A stretch of 64,000 bases of DNA from Chiloscyllium plagiosum (lineage: Eukaryota): the NCBI RefSeq assembly GCF_004010195.1, contig NC_057718.1, positions 72,610,674-72,674,673 of the forward strand, in the 5' to 3' direction. The position numbers were made by a program, and so were the translations under genes. Shown piece by piece: positions 1 to 12,886 of this stretch. Within the stretch, counting starts at the first letter, position 1. Every line of letters starts with the position of its first letter. Under the pieces are notes generated by a model that searched no databases, was not told the origin of the DNA, and was given only the letters and a program-made list of their open reading frames with translations.

Positions 1-220
1 GTGGAAGGTATAGTGGAGATGTCAGGGGTGGGTTCTTTACCCAGAGAGTGGTGGGGGCATGGAATGCGCTGCCCGTGGGAGTGTTAGAGTCGGAATCATT
101 GGCGACCTTTAAGCGGCATTTGGATAGGTACATGGATGGGTACTTAATCTAGGTTAGAAGTTCGGCACAACATCGTGGGCCGAAGGGCCTGTTCTGTGCT
201 GTATTGTTCTATGTTCTATG
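1..220 (+). mobile_element. CR1 LINE 3' end (young subfamily) abutting the Gypsy relic
   Basis: ORF2 C-terminus (FFTQRVVGAWNALP), 3' UTR and (GTTCTAT)n tail. Two mismatches in 219 nt against 36156-36374. Confidence 0.9.
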
Positions 221-2125
221 TAACTCAAGTAGGTCACTTAGGGTGCCTGGAACACATATTCTTCCCTTCTGAGGCATATGGAGAAATGTTTAAACACGAC
301 GTCCAAATTCTCCAAGTGCTTTCTATTTCTCTTCCCAGTTATTAACATGTCATCCAGATAAATGGCAACCTACAGTACCCCTTGTAAAATGTTCTCCATG
401 GTCTACTGGAAAAGGATGCAGGCTGATGATACCCATAATGGCAGTCTCATATACTGGTATGGGTATTAACTGTGGAGTACACCTGGGACTCCTCATCTAG
501 TCACAATTGCAAGCAAGCGTGGCTCAAGTCCAGCTTTGTGAAGGACAGCAGCACCCCACCCCACCACCTGCTCCCCTCTACCAATTGTGTGTACAAATCC
601 TTTATGCAAGGGATTGGGTATTTATCAAGCTGTAAGTAGTAGTTTACTGTTTGCTTAAAATCCCCACAAAGGCTAACTGAGCCATTAGGCTTTCCAGTTG
701 GTATGACTGGTGATTCCCATTCTCCAAGCTGGTTTGATGATGCCTGTGCTTTCCCACCTCCTGATTTCAGCCTCTATTTTCGCCTGCAAGACAAATACCA
801 CCGGGCAGGACTTGCAAAATCATGGAATTTCTTTCTGGTCCACATATAAGTGGCTTTGGCCCCTAGTTCTTCCTGAAAAAAGTTTGGGTATTCCACAAGG
901 ACTTTGCTGAAGGAGCCGTTTTCTAACGGAAAAATGTTGAGCTAATCTTGGTGGATTTTTTGCAATGAATTCTGCCTTAATAGGCTTGGGGCCCAGCCTC
1001 TTACAACCAGTGATAACTGCACCAATTGCTCCTCATAGGAGACTGGAACCGAAGGTGTACCTTTAATCTGTAACAGTTCCTCAGTGTTTGTTCGCAGTCT
1101 GGCTGAAATCTAATCAATTAAGTTTGATTTGGAATCCAGACTGGATCTTGTTGAAGACAGGTTCTACAACCACAGATACAACTGTGCTAGTATCGACCCC
1201 CATGAGAACGGTGTGGCCATTTAACCAAACATTAAGTTAAATTGGTGACGATTTGGATGTTGCTAAGTAATTTAATTGTTCCAACCCATATGTAGGTGGA
1301 TTTTCCAGGGGTGTGCACTCTCCTGGATATTGGCTTACGAGTTTTCTTACTCAAGTCAGGCCTTGTAGGACTCCTTTGCTGTCTCAAGTCGGCTCAGATC
1401 CTGAGGAACATTTTAGCCACTTGGCCAAGGTTCCGTTTTGTTGTGGGGTTCTGCTGTAGACTGGCCTAGGATCTCTCTGCTCAGGATATGCCCTGCAATT
1501 GCCTACCCTCGAATAGTGTTCCCCAAGCTCAGTTGGACAGGTGAGGGCATCCACTTCCATTGGGATGCCCTGTAGCTCCCATGCTCCACTTGCCGCATTT
1601 TCTGATGACAATGCCGGTTGTAGTATCTGTTTGAAGTCCAGTTGGGCTTCAGCTATTAGGTGCTTTGACAAGGTTATGCCATTAATCCCACATACCAAAT
1701 GGGGGTCTCATTCAGGGTTAACCCAAAATCACATGCCTCTGCCAGTCATCTTAATCTCGTCAAAGGTCCCGATATGGAATCCCCCCAAATCTCGAACAGC
1801 CAAATAAAACAGATAGCACCTCAGAATTAGAGGTGGTTTGGGATCATAATATTTCTTAACCAAATCTGTGAACTCTTAGAAGGTTGCAGTGTGTGGTGCC
1901 TCTGGGAAGGTTAAGCCCCTTTCAACCGAAAGTACTGTGGGTCCATAAGCAGTCAGAAGGATTACTCATTGCTTTTCATCTCTTACAAGGTCATTTGCCC
2001 AGAAAAACACTGCATTTTTTCCACATACTAGGCCCAGTCCTTGAAGACAGGATCAAATGAGTCAAGCTTCCCAAATAAAACATGATGCCAAAAATGCTTA
2101 CCCCAACTCAAAGATGACTATTATG
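221..2125 (-). mobile_element. Degenerate Ty3/Gypsy LTR-retrotransposon gag-pol fragment
   Basis: Minus strand shows a gag N-terminus (~2085-1680, ending near VCGIN), a protease-like VWLNGHTVLMGVDTS (~1230-1185) and RT catalytic YLDD at 349-360. Many stops and frameshifts. Confidence 0.85.
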
Positions 2126-2129
2126 AGAT

Positions 2130-2610
2130 AATTTGTAAATAACACAAAAAGTCGTGACGTTGTGGATAGTGAGGAAGGTTATCAAAGGATACAGCAGAAT
2201 ACAGACCAGTTAGAAAGTCAGATGGAGTTTAATCTGCAGAAGAGTGAGATAATGCACTTGCGAGGTCAAATATCAGAACGTGCAGTAAATGGCAGGACTC
2301 TTGGGAGCATTGATACACAGAGGGATCTTGGGGTCCAAGTCTATAGCTTCCTGAAAATGGCAACACAAGTAGATAAGTTGGTAAAGAAGGCATTGGTATG
2401 CTTTGCCTTCATCAGTTGGGACATTGAGTATAAAAGTTAGCAGGTTATGTTGCAGCTTAGTATGGCCACGCTTGGGAGTATTGTGCGCTTCTCTGGTCAC
2501 CACACTAGAGGAATGATGTGAAGGCTTTGGAGTGGGAGCAAAAGGGGTTTTATCAGGACTTTGCCTGGGTTGGAATGTATTAGCAATAAAGGACAGGTCA
2601 GACAAACTTG
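2130..2610 (+). mobile_element. CR1 LINE RT fragment
   Basis: DSEEGYQRIQQ...QMEFN...RDLGVQV motifs. Confidence 0.85.
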
Positions 2611-2611
2611 A

Positions 2612-2915
2612 ATAGAATTAGAGAATGCCTACAGTACACAAAGAAGCTATTCAGCCCACTGAACCTGCACCAAAGCTCTTAGGAACATCCCACCCAAACC
2701 CATCCCCCACCCGTAAGCCCACATATACCATGGCTAATCCACCCAACCTGTACATCCCCAGTCACTACAGGGGGTTGTAGCATGACCAGTCAACCCAATC
2801 TACACATCTTTGGAATGAGAGGGAAAACTGGAGACCCCAGAAGAAACCCACACAGGCACAGCCAGGATGTGCAAACTCCACACAGTTATCCAAAGCTGTC
2901 AGTTAACCACTGCAC
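2612..2915 (-). mobile_element. Degenerate HE1-like V-SINE
   Basis: Contains gtgcaaactccacac and cacatctttgga motifs shared with the intact copies. Confidence 0.7.
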
Positions 2916-3029
2916 TTACCTAGCTCACTACTATCTTCTCGTGTGATTAAAGAAGGTAATAAAAGATGTGCTAACCAGCAAAATGCACATCCTCTCAACG
3001 AATCATTAAAAAAAAAGTGTTCTTGATGA

Positions 3030-3690
3030 AGAGCAGGTTGCTGGCAAAAAGATAAGTAGGAAATGAGTTGTTGAAGAGGACATAAGGAGCCTGCAAAGAG
3101 ATATAGGCAGGGTAAGTGAGTGGGCAAAGATTGGCAAAAGAAGTCTGGAAAAGTGTGAAATTGTCCATTTTGGCAATAATAAAAAAATGTAATGGATTAT
3201 AGAAGGTTAGTATGCAGGTAAAGAAAATAATCAGGTAATTTAACAGAATGTTATGGTTTATTGTGAGACAACTGAATGCAAAGTGACGAGATTACGCTCC
3301 AGTTATACAGGGTATTGGTGAAACCACACCTTGGACTACTACATACAGTACGGATTGCCATACTTATAGAAGGATATTAATGCACTGTAAGCAGTTCTTG
3401 GAATGAACAGACTGCCTTATGAAGGAAGTAAAGACTGCCTTATGAGAAAAGTACAGACAAGCTAAATCTGCACGCTCTGGAGTTTAGAAAAGTCAGGAGT
3501 GACTTAATTGAAAAACATAAGACGCAGAGGGGACTGGACATGGTCAGTCGATGTAGGAAGGATGCTCTTTCTTGAGGGACAATCTAGAACTAGTGGTTGC
3601 TGTTTTAAAAAAAGAGGTTGCCCAATGAAACAGAAATGAGGGAACTTGCTTTGTTCTCCCTCAGAGGGTTGAGTATCATTGGAATTCAAT
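3030..3690 (+). mobile_element. Old CR1 LINE fragment
   Basis: Degenerate RT C-terminal region (LV.PHL.Y, ctggagtttagaa). Confidence 0.7.
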
Positions 3691-3694
3691 TGTT

Positions 3695-3905
3695 TTTTAG
3701 ATTACACTAGATTATATTAGATTAGATTACTTACAGTGTGGAAACAGGCCCAACAAGTCCATACCGACCCACCGAAGCGCAACCCACTCAGACCCATCCC
3801 CCTACATTTACCCCATCAACTCACACTACGCCTGAGGCGGGAATTGAACCTGGGTCTCTGGCGCTGTGAGGTAGCAGTGCTAACCACTGTGCCACCATGC
3901 CACCC
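3695..3905 (-). mobile_element. HE1-like V-SINE, internally deleted
   Basis: (TTAGA)n tail fused directly to the tRNA-like head, with the central domain missing. Confidence 0.8.
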
Positions 3906-3984
3906 ACTGTTTTCTCTACATCATTGAAGGCTGAGGAACAACCTGTGGCATTGGTAGGATAGATACTCAAATAGGGTGGAAATG

Positions 3985-4120
3985 ACAAAAACTGAAAGAA
4001 CTGTGGATGCTGTAAATGAGAAACAAAAACAGAAGTTGTTGGTAAAGCTCAGCAAGTCTGTCAGCATCCGTGAAGAGAAATCAGAGTTAATGTTTAGGGT
4101 CCGCTGACCCTTCCTCTGGT
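3985..4120 (-). repeat. Penelope terminal-repeat mini-element (type B) with decayed hammerhead-like core
   Basis: Minus strand CAGAGGAAGGGTCAGCGGACCCTAAACATTAACTC, next to the 3' end of a Penelope ORF. Confidence 0.65.
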
Positions 4121-4139
4121 TGGCAATCATGGACCAAGG

Positions 4140-5465
4140 CACAGCTCCTTATTTATGTGTCTGCGTCTGTTGTGGTAGGTGATCTCACTTCCAGTTCTTT
4201 TTTTTTTGAGGGATTGGTAAATGGGGTCCAAATCAATAAGAGTCTTAATGGAGTTCCAATTTGAATGCCAAGCCTCTAGGAATTCCCATGCATGTCTTTG
4301 TTTAGCCTGTCCCAGGATGGATGTTTGTCCCAATTGAACTATTTGTCCCTTCTTGTCTGTGTGTATGGATAATAGTGACAGTTGGTCATGTCTTTTGGTG
4401 GCTAGTTGGTGCTCATGTATCCTGGTGGCTAGTTGCCTGCCCGCCTGTCCAATGTAATGTTTGTTTCAGTCCTTGCAGGATATTTTGTATATGACATTCG
4501 TTCTCCTGGTTGTTAGTATGGAGTCTTTTAGATTTATCAATAACTGTTTCAGCGTGGTGGCAGGTTTGTGAGCTACCATGATGTCTCAGGGCTGGAGTAG
4601 TCTGGCCCTTATCTCAGAGATGTCTTTAATGTATGGCAGGGTGGCTAGAGTGTCTGGGCGCGTTGTGCCTTCTTGTTTAGGTCTGGTGTGTAGCAACTGG
4701 CAGACTGCGCTTATTTGGCACCCATTGTTCCTGAATTTATAGAACATTACAGCGCAGTACAGACCCTCAGTCCTTGAATATATTGTATAGGTGCTTTTCC
4801 TTGGCTTCTCATGTTCCTGGGTGCTGCAGTGTGTTGTGGCTCATTTAAATAATGCCCTGATACAGATGTGTTTGTGGGTGTTGGGATGATTGCTCCTGTA
4901 GTTGAATATCTGGTTAGTGTGTGTGTCTTTCCTGTAGATGCTGGTCTGCAGGCCTCCATTTTTTTTTTGTTCTACTGTGACATCTAGGAAGGGGAGACTG
5001 TTGTTGTTCTCTTCCTCTTTGGTGAGCTTTGTACCAGTAAGGATGCTGTTTGTGGGTTTCTTTTAATTTATTGCATTTCGTGATGACAAAGGTGTCATCC
5101 ACATAGTGGACACAAAGCTTACACTGGATCGTGGGAAGGGCTGTTGTTTGTTCTAATCTCTGCAAGAGTCTGTGAAGAGTTCTGATATTGGTGATCCCAT
5201 CGGCGTCCCATTCATTTGTTTGTAGGTCTTGTTATTGAAGGTGAAGTGGGTTGTGAGGCACAGGTTTACTAGCTTGAAGATGCTGTCCTTGAGAAGGGAG
5301 TTGGTGCTGTAGGTGTTTGTGTCCTTGGTTCATCTAGCAGTGAGGCTTTTCTTTGACTAGGGTGATGTTTATTAACATGAAAAGGGCCGTCACATCGAAG
5401 GAAACCTCATTGTCCTCTACCTTGGTGTCTTTGATAATATTAAGGAATTCCTGGGTGGAGTGGAT
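4140..5465 (-). mobile_element. Penelope-like retroelement, degenerate RT + GIY-YIG endonuclease
   Basis: RT motif YVDDTFVI and upstream GTPMGSPISEL-like motif. GIY-YIG region reads NVIYKISCKD..HYIGQAGRQLATRIHEH on the minus strand (~4400-4500). Confidence 0.88.
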
Positions 5466-5539
5466 GGAACTGATATAATGTACTCATGAACAACAGGTAC
5501 ACGATAAGCGCAGACGGCCGATTCCCACACAACAGACCT

Positions 5540-5646
5540 AAACAATAGTTCTTTTCCACTCGAATTTTCACAGATTACAGCACGAGGTGAATATTTTCTA
5601 TGTGGCTGGTTTAAATTAGCAGAGGGGTTTACCCCAGGTCGTAACA
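5540..5646 (+). repeat. LTR-like 3' terminal fragment ending ...GTAACA
   Basis: Shares cagattacagcacgaggtgaa...tttaaattagca...gtc.taaca with 62393-62452, and ends in CA as LTRs do. Confidence 0.55.
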
Positions 5647-5799
5647 CACAACGCACCCAGAGACTCTAGCCATTCTGCAACAAGACTACTAGCTCAGCGG
5701 GCAAACCTATAACCTGATCCACAACCTCAACTACAAATCTTCTCTAAAATCACTTCTCTGAAATGTTTCTATAAATGAGTAACTGAATGTGTAACTTAC

Positions 5800-5911
5800 C
5801 TGGTGATACTGTATGGAAGGGTCTAACAAACAGTAGTGAATAATTGTAGTCATCCCTTCGAGGAGAGTGAGAATCATGTCTGGGGCAACACTCACTGCCA
5901 TCCATGTGGGC
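5800..5911 (-). CDS. DOP1A: DOP1A internal coding exon (112 nt; absent from the ORF track)
   Basis: Acceptor ttttctaaag|GCCCACA, donor CACCAG|gtaagt. Encodes (R)PTWMAVSVAPDMILTLLEGMTTIIHYCLLDPSIQYHQ. Phase 2-0. Confidence 0.95.
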
Positions 5912-7034
5912 CTTTAGAAAACCAGAAAAAGTAATTTACATATTTACTGTTGGCTACCATTTCAAAAACACCAAGAAAAGTATTGCTAAAATTCTACTAA
6001 CTTCAAAGTTTGAATCATTATCAATTACAGTGAGGCTTGTATAACTTATGGACTTGATGGCTTTTTATAGGTCATCTCCAATCCAGCTTATATCTTTCAA
6101 AACTATTGTATTTATTTTAAAAAAACATATGGAATTCTAGTGGTTGATTTTAACTTCAATCTATAAAATTGTATTAAATATTTCAGTAATCAAGTGTTCT
6201 TCTAACAGAGTTATTGAATTTGAAATGTTAATTTTGTTTCTCTCCACAAATGCTCCCATACCACCTGAGTTTTTCTAGTACTTTGTTTTTATTTCAGATC
6301 TCTAGCATCTGCAGTATTTTATATAATTGCATTCATCTGCCTTTATCACAAACATGCGAACTGAACACAAATTGAGTAAATCAGGTTTCTGAATAGTTAA
6401 ATATTTGAATTATTGACTGGTATGGTCATACTCAGTCCTTGAATGTAGTTCATCAATCCATTGCTCATAGTACATCTTCTATAGTTTGCACTTCCTATCT
6501 ACAGCCTCACTGTGTTGAAATCAATTTCCATTGCTCGATAAGTATGCTTTTTAAAAATAGGCCATGAGTGAAATTGTAAAACATAGCAATTTGTTCCCTA
6601 CTTCCTTCTAACTTTGTAGAACATTGCACAAAAATGTTACTCAGGAACATCTGTCTTTAAAGTCCTTTAATCTCTTCTATTCTAAACTTAGATTATGGCA
6701 AGTCTCAAATGCGGAAAATCTCAATTTGTGTGATCTTCAGCTAGGTCTAAGATTGAAAGATTTGAAAACTCAGGCAAGTGATCACACTTGCTTTCCCCAC
6801 TCAATATCAATATATTTTTAAAATGAATAAATTAATTGATTTTCTGCTTCAACGCTTCTAAGAGACCAACTACTATTTAGCCATTGATATATTAAGCAAT
6901 GGAGGATTCACAATCCTCTGAGGTAGATAACTTCAATTATTCATTACCTTTGTTTGAAGAAATTTCTTTTAATCTCAATCCAAAATGATTGACCCTTTTC
7001 CTCAAATCATACCTCTGTGTTCTAGATTCAAAGA

Positions 7035-7365
7035 ATCATAGAATATCTACAGTGTGAAAGCAGGTCTTTCGGCCCATCGAGTGTACACTGACCTTCAGAA
7101 CAGCAGCCCATCCCCCTGTAACCCTACATTCCCAGTGGTTAATCCACATAGCTTGCACACCCCTGGAAACCATGGGGTATTTACCATAGTCAATTCACCT
7201 AACCTGCACATCTTTGAACTGTGGGAGGAAACAAGAGTATCCAAAGGAAACACATGCAGAACGAGGAGAACATGCAAACTCCACACAGGCAATTGCCCAT
7301 GGCTGGAATCGAACCCACATCCCTGGTGCTGTGAGGCAGCAGTACTAACCACTGGGCCACCAAGC
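7035..7365 (-). mobile_element. HE1-like V-SINE
   Basis: tRNA-like head, central conserved domain and CR1-like tail. Confidence 0.85.
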
Positions 7366-7369
7366 TAGG

Positions 7370-8010
7370 GTAATCTCTTAATCTTTCAAGCTCCTTCAAA
7401 ATCTTGAATACGTGAACAAAGTCACCATTCATTCTTCTCAATTCCAGAAGGTTAAGGACTAACTTATTCAACTTTGCATTACTGAAAAACAATCACAGGA
7501 ATATGAGCTGTACTGCCTCCAATCCAAGTATATGCATCTTTAAATGTGGATATAAAAACACAATACTCCCAGATGTGTTCTCACCAAAGGCTTGTACAAT
7601 TATTATTACAACTTCTTCATTCTTGCACTCCAATTCCCCTGTGATAAAAGGTCACCATGGCATTTGTCTTTAAAACGGTTTACTACACCTGCATGCCAAC
7701 TTGGTACCTTTGTAGAAGGACAATAAATTCTCTCTGCACATCAACAGTTGAACATTTCTTGCCTTTTAAGAGATATTGCTTATTCTTAAAATCAAAGTGA
7801 AAATGTGATAATTATTCATTTGCAACTATGTTGCTTACTCACTTAACCTGTTGGTATTTCTTTGTAACCTTTTAAGTTCATATTCCCACCTAGCTTTGTG
7901 TTATCACAAAGTATGAATGCATAACTCTCAGTCTAATTCATTAATTTTGATTTTAAATAATGGATGGCCCAGTGTTAATGTTGTACTATTTTACTCATTA
8001 CAGCTGTCAG
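7370..8010 (-). mobile_element. Old CR1 LINE fragment
   Basis: Minus-strand LELRRMNGDFVHVFKILK motif. Confidence 0.6.
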
Positions 8011-9319
8011 TTTGACTCCTTTTACACCTACTCTCTGCCTCTCGTCCATTATTCAATCCATGATGTCTCTATTTTCACCACACCACCATATTCTAAGGTG
8101 ACTATTTGTACCTACAGCTCATTAATCTTATTTACCACATTCCTTGCATTGACACACATTCACAGTAAAATTAACTTAGATCTTAGTACACTAATTCGTC
8201 ACACTATTTCCTGTTCTAATGCTGTTCTGTGCCCCTTGTTTTCCTCTCTAATGTTCTATTTCCCATCCTCCCACAAAGTTATCAGAACCAATTTTTGCAG
8301 TCAGTACTCAGTGCTGTAATGTTTGTACAACTAGTCACACAATAGTTCCATCAGCAGGAGATGCTGTAGGCATCTGTTGCCAAAGTAGTAGTTTCAATGA
8401 TTTTATTAGAAAATGCTTCAGCGATGGGAAGACAGTTTCATTGTAGTGCGAAAAACTCAGAATAAAACAAAACCCATTCCTGATAGAAAGCCAATGAGTG
8501 ATAATACTTCAAAAACTTTCCTTGTCTAATGACAATACTCAAATCGCCAGACATACATCACTCACACTGCTGAAGCTGCACCCCCATAGAAGATCCTTTT
8601 TTTTTTCATATCAATTATATCTTTTCCACTCCAAGTTTCTAGACTCTACCAAAACCTATGACACATTCTCTAACTGGATTCAACAAAAAAAAAGTCTCTA
8701 TTTCACCTGTAACCTTCTATTCTCCATGAAAACCATTTCTGCAATTCAAGTGTATTGACAGTCAAGGTGTCAATTTTCTTGCTCCTTCTGTGGAACTTAC
8801 TACCCCAGAGTTTGGTGGATGCTGCAACATTGAGTAAATCTGAAGAGGTGATAGAAAGATTTTTAGTTAGTGACGAGTTGAAGGGTTATGGACAGCGGGC
8901 AGGAAAGTGGAGTTGAGGCAGAGATAAGATCAGTCATGATCATATCAAATAGTTGGACAGGCTCGAGGGACTGAATATCCTATTTTATCTTTTAGTTTTT
9001 TTCTGAATTTCAAGTGATTTTTCACACACTTCTTCAACTTGCACGTCACTGTGTTGAAAACTTTTCTTCGGAACTTTTCTTCACTAACTAATTCTTCCCA
9101 GAACTTCATTATTTTGGAGATTCTCATCCGTCAAATTTCTTCATCTGCTGTGAGATGACCTAACTTTCCATGCAACAACAGCTGGCACAAAGCCATGAAA
9201 TAAGATTTAATGATGGGAAGTCCAAAATTTGGAAACAGAAGGCCATCATCAAACAAGATGATCACGTGGTTTGTGATCACAACTCTTAAGAAATTAAAAA
9301 TCTAATATCATTGATTAGA

Positions 9320-9770
9320 AGTTTGCAAGTAGCACCAAAATTGGATGTGTAGTGGACAGCGGAGGTTACTTCAGAGTATAACAGGATCTAGATCAAATAG
9401 ACTAGGCTGAGGAGTGGCAGATGGAGTTTGATTTAGATAAATGTGAGGTGCTACATTTTGGAAAAGCAAATCAGAGCAGCACTTATACCATTAATGGCAA
9501 GGCCCTGGTGAGTTTTGCTGAATGAAGCAGCCTTGGCATGCAGGTTCATAATTCCTTGAAAGTAGAATCGCAGGTAGATAGGATAGTGAAGGCAGCATTT
9601 GGTATGCTTTCCTTTATTGGTCAAAGCATTGAGTATAAGAGTTGGAAGGTCATGTTACGGCTGTACAAGACATTGGTTGGGCCACTTGTGGAATACCATA
9701 TGCAATTCTGGTCTCCCTCCTATCAGAAGGATGTCCAGAAAAGATTTACAAGGGTGTTGCCAGGGTTGGA
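9320..9770 (+). mobile_element. CR1 LINE RT fragment
   Basis: WQMEF, VHNSLKVESQVDRIVKAAFGML and LYKTLVGPLVEY motifs. Confidence 0.88.
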
Positions 9771-9789
9771 GAAGAAGGGGAGGGGGGTG

Positions 9790-10855
9790 GAGTTATCAGG
9801 GGTAACCAATGGAGCACAGGTCTCTGGTGCAGAATCTGTCTCTGTTGCTCAGAGGGGAAGGGGGGACCAGGAGCACAGCTTTAGTCATTGAGGATTCCAT
9901 AGTTAGGCGGTCAGGTAGGAGGTTTTGTGGGAATGAGAGAGACTCACAATTAGTGCGCTGCCTCCCAGATGTCTCTGATCGTGTTTTGAAATCCTTGAGA
10001 GGGAGGGGTAGCAGCCCCAAGTCATGGTCCACATAAGCACCAACGACATAGGTAAAGAAAGGTGAGGATCTAAGGCAGAAATTCATGGAGCTAGGATAGA
10101 AGCTTAGAACTAAAACAAATAGAGTTGTTACCTCTGGTTTGTCGTGCTAGTGAAGAGAGGAACAGGGAGACAGGAGAGCTGAACCTGTGACTGCAGGGAT
10201 GGTACAGGATGGAGGGTTTTGGATTCTTGGATAATTGGAGCTCTTTCTGGGGAAGCTGGGACTTCTCCAAAAAGATGATTTTTACCTGAACCAGAGGGGT
10301 ATCAATATCCTGGGGTAAAATTTGCTAATGCTGTTCGGCAGGTTTGAGGGGGGGGAAGGGAAGAAGAGTGGGCATTAAACTAATGCAGAAGGGGGATGGG
10401 AACCAAAATTGTAGTTCCAGTGTACAGGAGGTTGAAGGTCGTCAGGTCAGGGATAGGATTACAAGGTTGCAAGAGGATACCGGCAATCAGGATATTGGTT
10501 TGAAGAGTATGCACTTCAATGCCAGAAGCATCGGAATGAGGTGGGTGAACTTGCAGGAGTTGATACTAGGGATTTCGATGTTGTGGCCATCTCAGAGACA
10601 TGGCTAGAGGAGGGACAGGAATGGTTGTTGCAGATTCTGGGATTTAGATGTTTCAGTAAGAACAGAGGAGATGGTAAAAGGGGTATGGCATTGTTAATCT
10701 AGGGTAATATTACTACAGCTGAGATAACATTTGAGGACTCATCCACTGAGATAGTTAAGGCTGAGGATAGAAACAGAAAAGGAGAGATCACCCTGTTGGG
10801 AATTGTCTATAGGCCTCTGAATTGTTCCAGAGATGTAGAGGAAAGGATAGCAGAT
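9790..10855 (+). mobile_element. CR1 LINE ORF1 (SGNH esterase) and ORF2 APE endonuclease fragment
   Basis: ALVIEDSIVR (GDSIVR-like), HISTNDIG-like, then HFNARSI and DVVAISETWL. Confidence 0.8.
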
Positions 10856-11177
10856 GGGGGTCGGAGGGTGGGTGGAGGCAGTGCTGGACAGGGTTGGGGG
10901 CGCTGGCGGAGGGTGGTGTTGGGGGACGGGCGGAGGGAGGTGTTGGGAGGTTGGGCAGGGGCGGTGTTGTACGTATTTTGGGGGGCGGACGGGGGGGCAG
11001 TGTTGGACAGGGTTTTGGGGCCGGCCGGGGACAGGGGCGGTGTTGAAAAAGAGGATGGTGTTGGAAGGGATTTGGAGCAAGCAGGGAGCGGGGCATTGAA
11101 TTGATTAACCAAATAATGAACTACCCAAACGAAATAGTGCCTGCCCATCTCGTTCGGATAATCGAGGTTCCTTCGTA
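10856..11177. mobile_element. G-rich segment ending in a pogo/Tigger-like terminal inverted repeat (partial non-autonomous DNA element)
   Basis: Abrupt switch to G-run-rich DNA, ending ...TTCGGATAATCGAGGTTCCTTCGTATA, which resembles a Tigger-type TIR next to a TA. Confidence 0.55.
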
Positions 11178-11219
11178 TATAAACGTATAATATACAAAGG
11201 AGGCAACAACTAAAACAAT

Positions 11220-12850
11220 GGAAAGCTGATATGTGTTGCCTGTGTAACCTGTGCCATGAAGGAACTTGAGAATGCTTTGAGAGCCCTAAAGAATCATGCA
11301 CGCATGAGGTGTTTCCAGCTACTTGAGCTCAAACTCGGGGGTTTCTGAGCTTGAGGAGTGGGAGGTGTCACTGAGGATACAGGTGGTGAAAAGTTTCCTG
11401 GATCTTACATTGCAGGAATGGTCTCCCCACAGCCACAGGCAGTTCAGGAGGTGTGTAAGTGGAATGGTCATTTGACAGTTTAAAAGGAATGCAATGCAGG
11501 ATTCCTCAGGGGAACTGGCAGCATTGTGCTGAGACTTGATGACATCTCAAAAATGTGCAGTTCAGAAACCGTCCAAGACATCAACAACAAAATTGTTACA
11601 GAAGCACAAAGTATCATTTTAAAAATATGTGGTAACAGGAATTTAGATTTGGAGAAGGAGCAAGACTGTCAAGATAAAGCAGGCTTGTGAGTTATTGGTA
11701 AATTGATAAATCACATACTGCTTCAGATTGTTGGAGCTTTGGAAACAGTTCTGGTGCAATGAATTTCCCGGGTTATTTATGACCATTCTAGCAGTCCACA
11801 ATCTAGCAGTACGTTAGAGATTAATTGGTTGATAGTGCCTTGGAGTGCTGAGTGTGACCAGTAAGAGTGTGTAATCACTGGGAGTTGAGCTAAGTATGGG
11901 AGTTTAGGTAAGTTGGGGAGGGAGGCATTGTTGTGTCTTATTCTGGCCATTTTTGCAAGAGGCTGGTTTGTGTTTGAGGTGCTGCTTGTTACATCTAACA
12001 GAGGGCCTAGGTAAATACCAGGCTTCGTTTCTCCTTAAGTCCTCTAGTTAATAAAGGGGCAGAGATGGCAGTCATTGCAATGATATGCTCTTCCTGTCAG
12101 ATGTGGAGCAGTCAATTGCCCCTGGAGACACTAACTGCTGGAAGTGTCTCTGGCTGCAGCTCGTCTCAGATTACAGATTGGCTGGAGCAGCAGTTGGAAA
12201 CCTTGAGGAGCATACCGGAGGCAGACTGTGTTACAGGTTGTAACATCAGGGAGGCTGTCATGAGTAGATGAGTAAGCACACCAGGAGTGGTAGGCAGATA
12301 GCGCAGGATTCTCCAGTGGCTATCCCCCTTTCAAACATTCGTATCACTTTTGGTTGGGAGAGACAGTCTCAGAGGGGAAAAAAGTAGCAACAGCCAGGTC
12401 TTTGGCACTATGACCCGCCATATCCTGCTTTACAGCAAAGCCACCATTCAAGCGAGCAATTGTGATGGGGGGGCTCTTTTGTCTGAGGCACAGATAGGTG
12501 TTTCTGCAGCTGCAATTGAGACCTCAGGATGGTGTATTGTCGTTCTGATGCCAGGGTCTCAGAGTGGTTGCTGCAAGTTCTCAAAGGGAAGCAAGAGCAG
12601 CCAGAGGTTGTTAGAATCATTGGTACCAATGACATGGGAAGAAAGAGGGATGAGGTCCTGCAGAGTGAATATAGCGAGTTAGGCAGGAGGTTAAAAAGAG
12701 GACCTCAAGGGTAGTAATCACTCGATTACTCCCAGTGCCACATGCTGGTGAGAGTAGGAATAGGAGGTTCGGACAGATGAATGTGTGGCTGAGGAGCTGG
12801 TGCAGGAGGCACGGATTCAGATTCTTGGATCACTGGGAATTTCTTCTGGG
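11220..12850 (+). mobile_element. Degenerate CR1 5' regions / ORF1 (zinc finger, leucine zipper, esterase); two pieces
   Basis: CSSCQMW...WLEQQLETL and IIGTNDMGRKRDEVLQSEYSELGRRLK...NVWLRSWCRRHGFRFLDHW. Confidence 0.75.
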
Positions 12851-12886
12851 GCAAAAATTTCATAAAATAGAAAAGAATCTGAAATG

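Noticed and set aside
8498..9300. Possible ancient RTE-like RT fragment (FLDSTKTYDT)
   Set aside because: A single weak motif, too degenerate to call.
10739..11301. Overlapping Pro/Gly-rich ORFs
   Set aside because: They arise from stop-poor, G-rich low-complexity repeat DNA.
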